Shown: piece by piece, positions 8,809 through 17,026 of the stretch
Layout: every line of letters starts with the position of its first letter
Position numbering within the stretch: the first letter of the stretch is position 1
From: an uncultured beta proteobacterium
GTDB taxonomy: Bacteria; Pseudomonadota; Gammaproteobacteria; Burkholderiales; SG8-39
Direction: 5' to 3'
Assembly: GCA_963716855.1 (NCBI GenBank)
Contig: CAVQUV010000006.1
Span: forward strand, 39,342-103,341
DNA: 64,000 nucleotides
Made by a program: the position numbers and the translations under genes
Notes under the pieces: model-generated
The model's database searches: none
What the model was told of the DNA's origin: nothing
The model's input: the letters and a program-made list of their open reading frames with translations, nothing else

Positions 8809-9294
8809 TCAGTGGGGCTGCGGCGCGCCGGGAGCGGGCCCGGGCGGCGTGCCGCGACGGGTCGCCTCGCGCAGCAGGCGTTCCTGTTCGGCGAACGACG
8901 GCACGCGCGGGCTGGGTGGGGTGATCTCGCGGCCTGAGTAGCCGGGTGGAGGAGCCTCGCCGGCGAGGAAGGTCTCGCGGCGGATGCGCTTGTTTAGCGT
9001 GGTGACCCGGCCGTCGATCCACCACGCGTCATACGCGATGGCGGCGACCAATGCGGCCCCGATGGAAGCTGCGACGCGAAGATCCCAGAGGGTGGCGGCG
9101 AGTGCCGCGACGGTGGCAATCCGCCAGAGCCACGCGCCCTTCGCGTCTTCGAGATAGGTACGGTGCAGCCCGAGGGGCGCGGCGACGAGCAGGCCCCACG
9201 CGCGGCCGCGGCGCTTCAGACGCCCCGTGAGCTCGAGGTTCGCGCGCTGCAGCCCGGCGCCGCCGAGGTCAAGCCGCTTCCAGGCCTCGCTCAA
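8809..9294 (-). CDS. membrane protein with TM2-like GLHRTYL motif and Pro-rich C-terminal tail (start uncertain)
   Basis: High-GC3 frame in the 3' 160 codons of ORF 8809..9924(-). There is no in-frame ATG/GTG. The options are TTG at 9294, or ATG at 9331 in the adjacent frame plus a frameshift. The part above 9406 is antisense to the LysR gene and rejected. Confidence 0.5.
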   Translation of the reverse strand: MSEAWKRLDLGGAGLQRANLELTGRLKRRGRAWGLLVAAPLGLHRTYLEDAKGAWLWRIATVAALAATLWDLRVAASIGAALVAAIAYDAWWIDGRVTTLNKRIRRETFLAGEAPPPGYSGREITPPSPRVPSFAEQERLLREATRRGTPPGPAPGAPQPH

Positions 9295-9329
9295 GGCGCC
9301 GCGCGCCGCGCAACCTGTCGGCGCTCGCC

Positions 9330-9346
9330 ATAAGTTTGGTTCATAT
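9330..9346. promoter_or_regulatory. candidate LysR-type T-N11-A box (ATA-N11-TAT) in the divergent promoter region
   Basis: ataagtttggttcatat is an ATA-N11-TAT dyad, 60 nt upstream of the LysR start, in a locally AT-rich stretch. Confidence 0.3.
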
Positions 9347-9405
9347 ACCGATTTATGATTGAATAGCGGCGCGCAGAATAGCACACGCCCCTCCCGCCGA
9401 ATCCG

Positions 9406-10308
9406 ATGGCCGATCGCCGACTTCAAGTGTTCCACGCCGTGGCGAAGCAGATGAGCTTCACCAAAGCGGCCGAGACGCTTTTCATGACCCAGCCCGCGGT
9501 CACCTTCCAGATCAAGCAGCTGGAGGAGCACTTCAATACCCGCTTGTTCGAGCGTGGGCACGGCCGGATCGCGCTGACGCCCGCGGGCGAGATCGTCGTC
9601 GAGTACGCCGAGCGCATCCTCTCGCTTTCGGCGGAGCTCGAGACGCGGCTGCGGGAGATGACCGGCCGTCTCTCCGGGCCGCTCCTGATCGGCGCGAGCA
9701 CCACCATTGCCGAGTTCCTCCTGCCGCGCGTGCTCGGGGAATTCAAGTCGCTGCATCCCGAGGTGCAGCCGAAGCTGGTGGTCGCGAACTCCGAGGCGAT
9801 CGAGAACCGGGTCGCGGAGCACACGCTCGACATCGGACTGATCGAAGCCCCCTCGCACTTGCCGTCGCTGCTCACCGAGATGTGCTGCGAGGACGAACTG
9901 CAGGTCATCGTCTCGCCGCAGCATCCCCTCGCGAAGGCGAAGAGCGTCACGCCCAAGCAGCTCGTCGCGTACCCGTACGTGAGTCGGGAGAGCGGCTCGG
10001 GTACCCGGGAGTTCACCGACCTTTATTTCCGGAAGGCCGGGGTGAACCCGACGGAGCTCAGCGTGGTGATGGAGCTCGGCAGCCCCGAGGCGCTCAAGGG
10101 CGTGGTCGAAACCGGTCTGGGCTTCGCGATCCTGTCCAAGGCGACCGTCGCCAAGGAGCAGAAGCTCGGCGAGCTCGTCGCCGTCCCGCTGACGCCGAAG
10201 CTGCTGCGTTCGCTCTCCCTCGTCTACCCCAAGGAGAAGTTCCGCTCCCGGCTGGTGAACACCTTTGTCGAGTTCGCGCAGGCGCGGATGAAAGATACGG
10301 TGCTGTAG
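9406..10308 (+). CDS. LysR family transcriptional regulator
   Basis: 300 aa. N-terminal wHTH LQVFHAVAKQMSFTKAAETLFMTQPAVTFQIKQLEEHF, plus a periplasmic-binding-like effector domain. Confidence 0.9.
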   Translation: MADRRLQVFHAVAKQMSFTKAAETLFMTQPAVTFQIKQLEEHFNTRLFERGHGRIALTPAGEIVVEYAERILSLSAELETRLREMTGRLSGPLLIGASTTIAEFLLPRVLGEFKSLHPEVQPKLVVANSEAIENRVAEHTLDIGLIEAPSHLPSLLTEMCCEDELQVIVSPQHPLAKAKSVTPKQLVAYPYVSRESGSGTREFTDLYFRKAGVNPTELSVVMELGSPEALKGVVETGLGFAILSKATVAKEQKLGELVAVPLTPKLLRSLSLVYPKEKFRSRLVNTFVEFAQARMKDTVL

Positions 10309-10426
10309 GGGCAGGGCTCATCCGGGGGTGAGACGGTTCGGAGCGGGTGCCTTGCTGACTCGGGCACCCGCGGATGCGCACTGCGACTGTCTTGGTCAAC
10401 CTCGGCCGCTTGCGCGGCGTGCTCGC

Positions 10427-11176
10427 ATGATTCGGTTCCTGGCGATCCAGCATACCTTCTCGGAATTCTTCGGCGCGCTCGAACCCCAGTTCGAGGCGCG
10501 CGACATTGCGTTCACTTATCTGCGGCCGGTGACCGGGCAGGACGTCAGCGCCGCCGCTGGTCAGTTCGACTGTCTCTGGCTTCTGGGCGGGGCGTATCCG
10601 GTGGTCGACCGCGAGCACTGCCCCTGGATCGACGACGAGCGGCGCCTCGTCAACGCCTTCGCCAAATCGCGCCGGCCGGTGGTCGGGCTCGGCTTCGGCG
10701 CGCATGTCGTGGCGCTGGCGCACGGCGGGACCGCTCATGCCGAACCGGCGCACGACGCCTGCTGGACCATCGCGCACGCGACCGACGCCGGCCGTGACGA
10801 CCCGCTCGCGCGCGCGGTCGACGGCCGGGACGTACTGGTGATGACCAACGGCCGCGTCGACCTGGCGCCTGAGCTCGCCCCGATCGTCGTGGATGAGCGC
10901 GGGCGCTGGCTCGCGATCCGGCCGACGCCCCTCGCATACGGACTCGCGTTCCGGCCCGAGCTCAAGCCCGGCATGATCGAGGACATGATCATGGAGAACG
11001 AGCGTCCGGTGCCCGAGGACATCGGGAGCCTCCTCGAGGAGGCGCGGGCGCGCTGGGACGAGACCCGGGAAACCACCGCTCGCGTGGTCGCGGCGCTCGT
11101 CGACGCGCTCGACCTGATGCAGGAGCGCCGCAAGATGCCGGTGTTCGGCTTGAAAGCCGTGAAGGGGGATGAATGA
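10427..11176 (+). CDS. class-I glutamine amidotransferase-like protein lacking the Cys and His catalytic residues
   Basis: 249 aa from ATG 10427 (MIRFLAIQHTF...). GATase1 layout, but the nucleophile elbow reads GLGFGAH instead of G-x-C-x-G-x-Q, and the HPE position reads FRPE. Confidence 0.7.
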   Translation: MIRFLAIQHTFSEFFGALEPQFEARDIAFTYLRPVTGQDVSAAAGQFDCLWLLGGAYPVVDREHCPWIDDERRLVNAFAKSRRPVVGLGFGAHVVALAHGGTAHAEPAHDACWTIAHATDAGRDDPLARAVDGRDVLVMTNGRVDLAPELAPIVVDERGRWLAIRPTPLAYGLAFRPELKPGMIEDMIMENERPVPEDIGSLLEEARARWDETRETTARVVAALVDALDLMQERRKMPVFGLKAVKGDE

Positions 11177-11292
11177 AAGCGGTCGGCCAGCGCAGCCGAT
11201 CGAGCGCGGACGACCGCTCCGCAGGCGCCGTCATCGACGACCCCGAGGCGCTCGACGCCGCAGCCTGCGCGGCGTTCCTCACGTCGCAGTAG
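11173..11292 (+). CDS. candidate 39-codon small ORF translationally coupled (ATGA) to the GATase-like gene
   Basis: Hand translation: MKAVGQRSRSSADDRSAGAVIDDPEALDAAACAAFLTSQ*. 33 of the 38 codons after the ATG end in G/C. The ATG overlaps the upstream TGA. Below the ORF-track size cutoff. Confidence 0.3.
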   Translation: MKAVGQRSRSSADDRSAGAVIDDPEALDAAACAAFLTSQ

Positions 11293-11361
11293 GTCGCGCG
11301 GCACAGGCTCACCGGGTGGGCCACCACCACCGGGTAACATCCGAGCTTTCGCCGACGCCCG

Positions 11362-12432
11362 ATGCCCCGTCCCATCCGCGCCACCTTCGACCTCGCCGCG
11401 TTTGCGCGCAACCTGGCCGTCGCGCGCGCGCGCGCCGGCGCGGCCCGGATCTGGGCGGTGGCGAAAGCGAATGGCTACGGCCACGGCCTGTTGCGCGCGC
11501 AGCGTGCGCTCGATGCGGCGGACGGATTCGCACTGCTCGACATCGACGCGGCGGTGCGCCTGCGCGACGCGGGCGTGCGGAAACCCATCCTGCTCCTCGA
11601 GGGGTTCTTCGCCCCGGCCGATCTCGCACCGATCGCGTTCCACTCGCTTTCGGTCGTCGTCCATTCGAACGAGCAGATGGCGATACTCGAATCGACACGG
11701 CCGATTCCGCCGGTCGCGGTCTACCTGAAGATCAACACCGGGATGAACCGGCTCGGAATTCCAGTCGACCAGATCGGCGCAGCGCTCGCGCGCCTGACGG
11801 CGACCGGGAGCGTCGCGGGGATCACGTTGATGACGCATTTCGCCGACGCCGACGGCTCGGAGGGGGTCGCGGCACAGCTCGCGCGCTTCGAGGCCGCCAC
11901 GCGTGGGCTCGCGCTGCCGCGCAGCCTTGCCAACTCGGCGGCGCTGCTGCGGCATCCGCAGACACGCGCCGACTGGGTGCGGCCGGGGATCATGCTCTAC
12001 GGCTGCTCGCCGTTCGCCGACGAGCCTGCGCAGGCGCTGGGCCTCGCGCCCGTGATGACGCTCGCGAGCGAACTCATCGCGGTGCGGCTCCTCGCCGCGG
12101 GCGAGCGCGTCGGCTACGGTGGCACGTTCACGGCGGACCGCCCGATGCGGATCGGCGTGGTGGCGTGCGGCTACGCCGACGGCTACCCGCGGCACGCGCC
12201 GACCGGGACGCCGATCCTGGTCGCGGGACGTCGCACGCGGACCGTGGGCCGCGTCTCGATGGACATGCTCGCCGTGGATCTCGAAGGAATTCCCGAGGCG
12301 GGGCCCGGGACACCGGTCACGCTCTGGGGCGAAGGGCTGTCGTGCGACGAGGTGGCAGCGGCCGCGGGAACCGTGAGCTACGAGTTGCTGTGCGCGCTCG
12401 CCGCGCGGGTACCTCAGACGGAGCGCACTTAG
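11362..12432 (+). CDS. alr: alanine racemase
   Basis: 356 aa. PLP-lysine motif AVAKANGYGHG. C-terminal ...VSMDMLAVDL...VSYELLC typical of Alr. Confidence 0.95.
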   Translation: MPRPIRATFDLAAFARNLAVARARAGAARIWAVAKANGYGHGLLRAQRALDAADGFALLDIDAAVRLRDAGVRKPILLLEGFFAPADLAPIAFHSLSVVVHSNEQMAILESTRPIPPVAVYLKINTGMNRLGIPVDQIGAALARLTATGSVAGITLMTHFADADGSEGVAAQLARFEAATRGLALPRSLANSAALLRHPQTRADWVRPGIMLYGCSPFADEPAQALGLAPVMTLASELIAVRLLAAGERVGYGGTFTADRPMRIGVVACGYADGYPRHAPTGTPILVAGRRTRTVGRVSMDMLAVDLEGIPEAGPGTPVTLWGEGLSCDEVAAAAGTVSYELLCALAARVPQTERT

Positions 12433-12442
12433 GGAGAATCTG

Positions 12443-12467
12443 AACAAAGGGGGATACCTCCCCCTTT
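12443..12467 (+). repeat. GAACAAAGGGGG-loop-CCCCCTTT hairpin, third copy of a short repeat family (see 61467..61540)
   Basis: aaaggggga (12446-12454) pairs with tcccccttt (12459-12467), loop tacc. The 12-mer caaagggggata (12445-12456) recurs at 61505-61516. Confidence 0.6.
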
Positions 12468-12529
12468 AACCCCCTAAGTCAGAGGAACCTCTGCTTCATT
12501 CTTCGAACAAATCAGAGCTTCACTAAGGG

Positions 12530-13882
12530 ATGGCCAAAGCGAAGTCCGTCTACGTCTGCGGCGAGTGCGGCGGGGCGTCGACCAAGTGGCAGGGGCAGTG
12601 TGCGCACTGCGGGGCGTGGAACTCGCTACTCGAGACCGCTGCCGAGCGGCCCGCGCAGCACCGGTTCGGCGGCGGGGCGAAGGCCGCGCTGCTGACTCCG
12701 CTCGCGCGCATCAGCGCGAAGGAGTCGGCGCGCATGCCGACGGGCGTGAGCGAATTCGATCGGGTGCTCGGCGGCGGACTGGTGGCGGGGCAGGTCGTGC
12801 TGATCGGCGGCGACCCCGGCATCGGCAAGTCGACGCTGCTGCTGCAGGCGCTCGCGTGGATGAGCGCGTCGCGCAAAGCGATCTACGTGACCGGCGAGGA
12901 GTCGGCGGAGCAGACGGCGCTGCGGGCGCAGCGCCTGCAGGTCGACACCGCCGACGTGAAGCTGCTGGCCGAGATCCAGCTCGAGCGCATCGCGGCGACG
13001 CTCGAGGCGGAGAAGCCCGAGATCGCGGTGATCGACTCGATCCAGACGCTCTACTCGGAGGCGCTCACCTCGGCGCCCGGTTCGGTCGCCCAGGTGCGGG
13101 AATGCGCCGCGCAGCTCACGCGCGTCGCGAAGGGCCACGGCATCGCCCTGGTGTTCATCGGGCATGTGACGAAGGAGGGCGCGCTTGCCGGGCCACGCGT
13201 CCTCGAGCACATCGTCGACACGGTGCTCTACTTCGAGGGCGATTCCAACTCCAGCTTCCGGCTGATCCGCGCGTTCAAGAACCGGTTCGGGCCGGTGAAC
13301 GAGCTCGGCGTGTTCGCGATGACCGAAAAGGGATTGCGCGGGGTGAGCAATCCGTCGGCGCTCTTCCTCTCGCAGCATCGCGAACCGGTCCCCGGCTCGT
13401 GCATCCTCGTGACGAACGAAGGGACGCGGCCGCTGCTGGTCGAAGTGCAGGCGCTGGTGGACGGCGCGCAGGGGATGAACCCGCGCCGGCTCGCGCAAGG
13501 GCTCGACCAGAGCCGGCTGGCGATGCTGCTCGCGGTCCTGCATCGACACGCCGGGGTGGCGTGCCACGACCAGGACGTCTTCGTGAACGCGGTCGGTGGC
13601 GTGCAGATCGGCGAGCCCGCGGCGGATCTCGCCGTGCTCCTGGCGATCGTGTCGAGTGTCCGCGGGCGACCGCTGCCTGACAAGCTCGTCGTGTTCGGGG
13701 AAGTCGGGCTTGCCGGCGAAGTGCGTCCCGCGCCGCGCGGTCAGGAGCGTCTGCGCGAAGCCGCAAAGCTCGGTTTTCGCCGCGCGCTGATTCCGAAGGC
13801 GAACGCACCGAAGCATCCGATCGAGGGAATCGAGGTGACAGCGATCGAGCGGCTCTCCGACGCTGTCGCTGCAGTTCAGTGA
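12530..13882 (+). CDS. radA: DNA repair protein RadA/Sms
   Basis: 450 aa. Zn finger CGECGGASTKWQGQCAHCGAWNS, Walker A GDPGIGKST, KNRFG motif, Lon-like C-terminal domain. Confidence 0.95.
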   Translation: MAKAKSVYVCGECGGASTKWQGQCAHCGAWNSLLETAAERPAQHRFGGGAKAALLTPLARISAKESARMPTGVSEFDRVLGGGLVAGQVVLIGGDPGIGKSTLLLQALAWMSASRKAIYVTGEESAEQTALRAQRLQVDTADVKLLAEIQLERIAATLEAEKPEIAVIDSIQTLYSEALTSAPGSVAQVRECAAQLTRVAKGHGIALVFIGHVTKEGALAGPRVLEHIVDTVLYFEGDSNSSFRLIRAFKNRFGPVNELGVFAMTEKGLRGVSNPSALFLSQHREPVPGSCILVTNEGTRPLLVEVQALVDGAQGMNPRRLAQGLDQSRLAMLLAVLHRHAGVACHDQDVFVNAVGGVQIGEPAADLAVLLAIVSSVRGRPLPDKLVVFGEVGLAGEVRPAPRGQERLREAAKLGFRRALIPKANAPKHPIEGIEVTAIERLSDAVAAVQ

Positions 13883-15201
13883 CCGAGCGCAAGGCGCGCG
13901 GCGGCCACGCCGCTGCGCACCGCCGACTCGAGCGTCGCGGGGTACTCGCTCGCGGTGTAATCGCCGGCGAGCAGCACTTGTGCCACGGGGGTCTCGATCG
14001 CCGGGCGTGCGAGGCCCGGGCGGCAACTGAAGGTCGCGCGCCGTTCGGCGATCACGCGCGTCCAGCGCGGCGCGGGGAGGTTCGGCAGGCCCGCCGCGAG
14101 CTCGCCGTGGATTGCGGCGGCGAGGTCCGGGCGGTCGAGCGCTTCATGGCGACCCGATGCGCTCAGCACGCCCGCAATGAGGCCGCGGTGACCGGACAGG
14201 GCGCCCCGGTCGAAGGCCCACTGCAGCAGCCCGTCGGTGAACCCGAGCATCGGGAACGGCAGCGACACCGCTTCGGGGTATTGCAGGTAGACGGTGTAGA
14301 TCGGTTCGTGTTCGAGCGCATCGATCATTTGTGCGATCCCGGTCAGCCGCCGATCGGTCTTCAGCAGCGGAGCGGCGTGGTGCGGCCCACACGCGACGAT
14401 TGCCCGCGTGAACGGCGCAGGGTCCGGATCGAGTCGGATCCCGTCGGCGTCCGCGTCCAGCGTCCGGACGGGCGTACCGAGACGGAGCTCGCCACCGCGG
14501 TGCGTGACGAAACCGGCCGCCGGCTCCGGGAAGAGCGCGCCGAGGTCGGTGCGGGGGAGGAGCAGATCGCTGGCCGCACGGGCCCCGCCCAGCGTGTCGC
14601 GCAATACGTTTGCGAACACTTGCGCCGAGGCGCGGTCCGGCGGCGTGTTCAGCGCGGACACGCAGAGCGGTTCCCAGAGCAAGCGCCGCAACGCCTCGCC
14701 CTGTCCCCGGGAGACGAGCAGCGCCGCGACGGTGTCGTCCTGCTGCAGTCTGAACCCTGCGGCGCGGAGCCCGTGCACGAAGCGCGCGGCGCGCAGCCGG
14801 TCGGCGAACCCGAGCCCGTGCGCGCCGAGCAACCCGACCGCGAGGTGCAGGGGGGCCGGAAGGGGCGCGACTCTCAGGTGGAAGCCCGACGCGGTCCTCA
14901 GCTCGAGCGGGCGCCGCAGGAGCGCCACCGCCGGATCGACGCCGACAACCTGCATCAGGCGGAGCGCCTCGGTGTACGCGCCGATGAGAATGTGCTGCCC
15001 GTTGTCGAGGTCCGCGCCGTCGAGCGTCACGCGGCGCGCCCGCCCGCCGAGCTGCCGCGACGCCTCGAACACCACGACCCGTGCGCCTTGCTCGATCGAC
15101 GTGACCGCGGCCGCCATGCCCGCCCAGCCTGCACCGATCACCGCCACCCGCGGCGCGTCGGCGCGGGTCGCGTGGGTCGCGTGGGTCAAGCGGTGACCCA
15201 C
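13876..15201 (-). CDS. hpnE: hydroxysqualene dehydroxylase HpnE (FAD-dependent, squalene-associated desaturase)
   Basis: 441 aa. FAD fold VAVIGAGWAGMAAAV, amine-oxidase/phytoene-desaturase-like. Sits directly downstream of hpnC-hpnD. The start could be GTG at 15147. Confidence 0.85.
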   Translation of the reverse strand: MGHRLTHATHATRADAPRVAVIGAGWAGMAAAVTSIEQGARVVVFEASRQLGGRARRVTLDGADLDNGQHILIGAYTEALRLMQVVGVDPAVALLRRPLELRTASGFHLRVAPLPAPLHLAVGLLGAHGLGFADRLRAARFVHGLRAAGFRLQQDDTVAALLVSRGQGEALRRLLWEPLCVSALNTPPDRASAQVFANVLRDTLGGARAASDLLLPRTDLGALFPEPAAGFVTHRGGELRLGTPVRTLDADADGIRLDPDPAPFTRAIVACGPHHAAPLLKTDRRLTGIAQMIDALEHEPIYTVYLQYPEAVSLPFPMLGFTDGLLQWAFDRGALSGHRGLIAGVLSASGRHEALDRPDLAAAIHGELAAGLPNLPAPRWTRVIAERRATFSCRPGLARPAIETPVAQVLLAGDYTASEYPATLESAVRSGVAAARLALGH

Positions 15202-16019
15202 GTCTTCCAGGCGATCCAGAGCTTGCGGATCGGCGTGAGCGCGACGCGGTGGTCCAGGACGTGGTAGCCGTCGCTGCGGATCTCGGCGAGCAGGCTGCGG
15301 TAGATCGCGGCCATCACGAGACCTGGACGCTGCGCGCGTACGTCCTCTGCCGGCAGGAGCGCGAGCGCGCTCGCGTAGCGGGCCTCCGCCCGCTCGACCT
15401 GGAACGCCATCAGTTGCGTGAAGGCATCGGTGTGGCGCCGGTGCAGGATGTCGGCGGCGGGTACGCCGAACCGCGCGAGATCCTCGAGCGGCAGGTAGAT
15501 GCGGTTCTTGCGCGCGTCCTCGCCGACGTCACGGACGATGTTGGTGAGCTGGAACGCCGTGCCGAGCGCCTTGGCGTACTCGAGCGTCTGCGGGTTCGCG
15601 TACCCGAAGATGCCGGCGGCAAGGAGTCCCACGACGCCCGCCACGTGATAGCAATAGCGCTCGAGCGCCGCCAGATCGGCGTACCGCGATTGCCGCAGGT
15701 CCATTTCCATGCCGTCGATGATCTCGCCGAGCCGCTCCCGCGTGATCCCGTACGTGCGGGCAAGCGGCGCGAGCGCCTGGGTCACCGGATGCTGCGCGCC
15801 GCCCGCCTCGAGCGTCCCGATCTCCTGTCGCCACCAGGCGAGCGTCGCCGCGGCCACGTCGGGATCGGTGCACTCGTCGACGACGTCGTCCACTTCGCGG
15901 CAGAACGCGTAGAGCGCGGTGATCGCGCGCCGTCGCTCCGGCGGCAGGAACAGGAACGCGTAGTAGAAGCTCGAGCCGCTCTGCGCAGCCTTGCGTTGGC
16001 AGTACTCGTCAGGAGTCAT
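15186..16019 (-). CDS. hpnD: presqualene diphosphate synthase HpnD
   Basis: Starts MTPDEYCQRKAAQSGSSFYYAFLFLPPERR. Asp-rich motifs REVDDVVDE and NIVRDVGEDA of the squalene/phytoene synthase family. ATGA overlap with the hpnC stop. Confidence 0.85.
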   Translation of the reverse strand: MTPDEYCQRKAAQSGSSFYYAFLFLPPERRRAITALYAFCREVDDVVDECTDPDVAAATLAWWRQEIGTLEAGGAQHPVTQALAPLARTYGITRERLGEIIDGMEMDLRQSRYADLAALERYCYHVAGVVGLLAAGIFGYANPQTLEYAKALGTAFQLTNIVRDVGEDARKNRIYLPLEDLARFGVPAADILHRRHTDAFTQLMAFQVERAEARYASALALLPAEDVRAQRPGLVMAAIYRSLLAEIRSDGYHVLDHRVALTPIRKLWIAWKTWVTA

Positions 16020-16834
16020 CGAGGGTAGCGCGCGGCAGCACGCCACAGCATGCGGAGCCAGTCAGGACTGCGCAGGACCGGGCGGTGCCGGAACACGTCG
16101 CCGCCCACGCGGTCGATCTTCTCGAGGATGCGCAGTCCGCCCTGGACCACCATGCGCAGCTCGAATCCGCTGCGGCCCGCGACGGTGCGCGCGAGCGGGG
16201 CGCCGGATTCTAGCATCGCGCGCGCGCGCGACACCTGGAAGGCCATCAGTTCCCGGAACGGCGCATCCGCCCGGGCGGCGAACAGATCGCCCTCGCTCAC
16301 GCCGTGGCGCGCCATCTCGTCGCGCGGGAGATAGATGCGATCCTTCCGCAGGTCGACGGCGACGTCCTGCCAGAAGTTGACGAGCTGGAGCGCGGTGCAG
16401 ATGGCGTCGGACCAGCGGATGTTCTGCGGCGTCGCCGCGCGGAAGAGGTGCAACATCAGTAGCCCGACCGGGTTCGCCGAGCGCCGGCAGTAGTCGCGCA
16501 CCTCGTCGAAGCTCGCGTAGCGCCGCTTGACGACGTCCTGGCTGAACGCGTCGAGGAGATCGTCGAACGACTGCATCGGCAGGGCGTGCGTGCGAATCGC
16601 GCTGGCGAGGTCCTCGAAGCGCGGGTCGCGCGCAGGCCGCCCGCCCGCGATGCCGCGCAGCGCCTCGCGATAGGCGTCGAGGCGCGCCAAGCGTTCCGCG
16701 GGCGGCAGGTCGCCTTCGTCGGCGAAGTCGTCGGCCGAGCGCGCAAACCAGTAGATCGCCGCGACCGCCGGCCGCAGGCGGTGCGGGAGCAGGACCGAGG
16801 CGACCGGAAAATTCTCGTAGTGGCCGACCGACAT
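16016..16834 (-). CDS. hpnC: hydroxysqualene synthase HpnC
   Basis: 272 aa. MSVGHYENFPVASVLLP..., ARSADDFADEG and NFWQDVAVD motifs. First gene of the hpnCDE trio. Confidence 0.85.
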   Translation of the reverse strand: MSVGHYENFPVASVLLPHRLRPAVAAIYWFARSADDFADEGDLPPAERLARLDAYREALRGIAGGRPARDPRFEDLASAIRTHALPMQSFDDLLDAFSQDVVKRRYASFDEVRDYCRRSANPVGLLMLHLFRAATPQNIRWSDAICTALQLVNFWQDVAVDLRKDRIYLPRDEMARHGVSEGDLFAARADAPFRELMAFQVSRARAMLESGAPLARTVAGRSGFELRMVVQGGLRILEKIDRVGGDVFRHRPVLRSPDWLRMLWRAAARYPR

Positions 16835-16911
16835 TTCCCCGTTTCATCAATGGGATCGGGTGTCTTTTGGCTGACAGTATAGGGGCATGTCCGGTAGAAT
16901 CCCGCGGCGGC

Positions 16912-16996
16912 GCGAAGGTGGCGGAATTGGTAGACGCACTGGATTTAGGTTCCAGCGCCGTAAGGCATGGGGGTTCGAGTCCCTTCCTTCGCACCA
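16912..16996 (+). tRNA. tRNA-Leu (anticodon TAG)
   Basis: Folded by hand. Acceptor gcgaagg/ccttcgc, anticodon stem ctgga/tccag with loop ttTAGgt, long variable arm, T-arm ggggttcgagtccc, encoded CCA. Confidence 0.95.
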
Positions 16997-17026
16997 TCCT
17001 TCTTTCACGATTGTCGAGTCAACCGA

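Noticed and set aside
8809-9924. The full 371-aa ORF on the minus strand as a single gene.
   Set aside because: The part above about 9400 is antisense to the well-supported LysR gene and crosses an AT-rich promoter-like stretch with low GC3. Only the 3' ~160 codons look coding.
10328-10426. The upstream extension of the GATase-like ORF (MRRFGAGALLTRAPADAHCDCLGQPRPLARRAR...).
   Set aside because: It has poor codon bias and contains a GC hairpin (gggtgcc...ggcaccc) that looks like the end of the LysR transcript. MIRFLAIQH at 10427 matches the usual GATase first strand.
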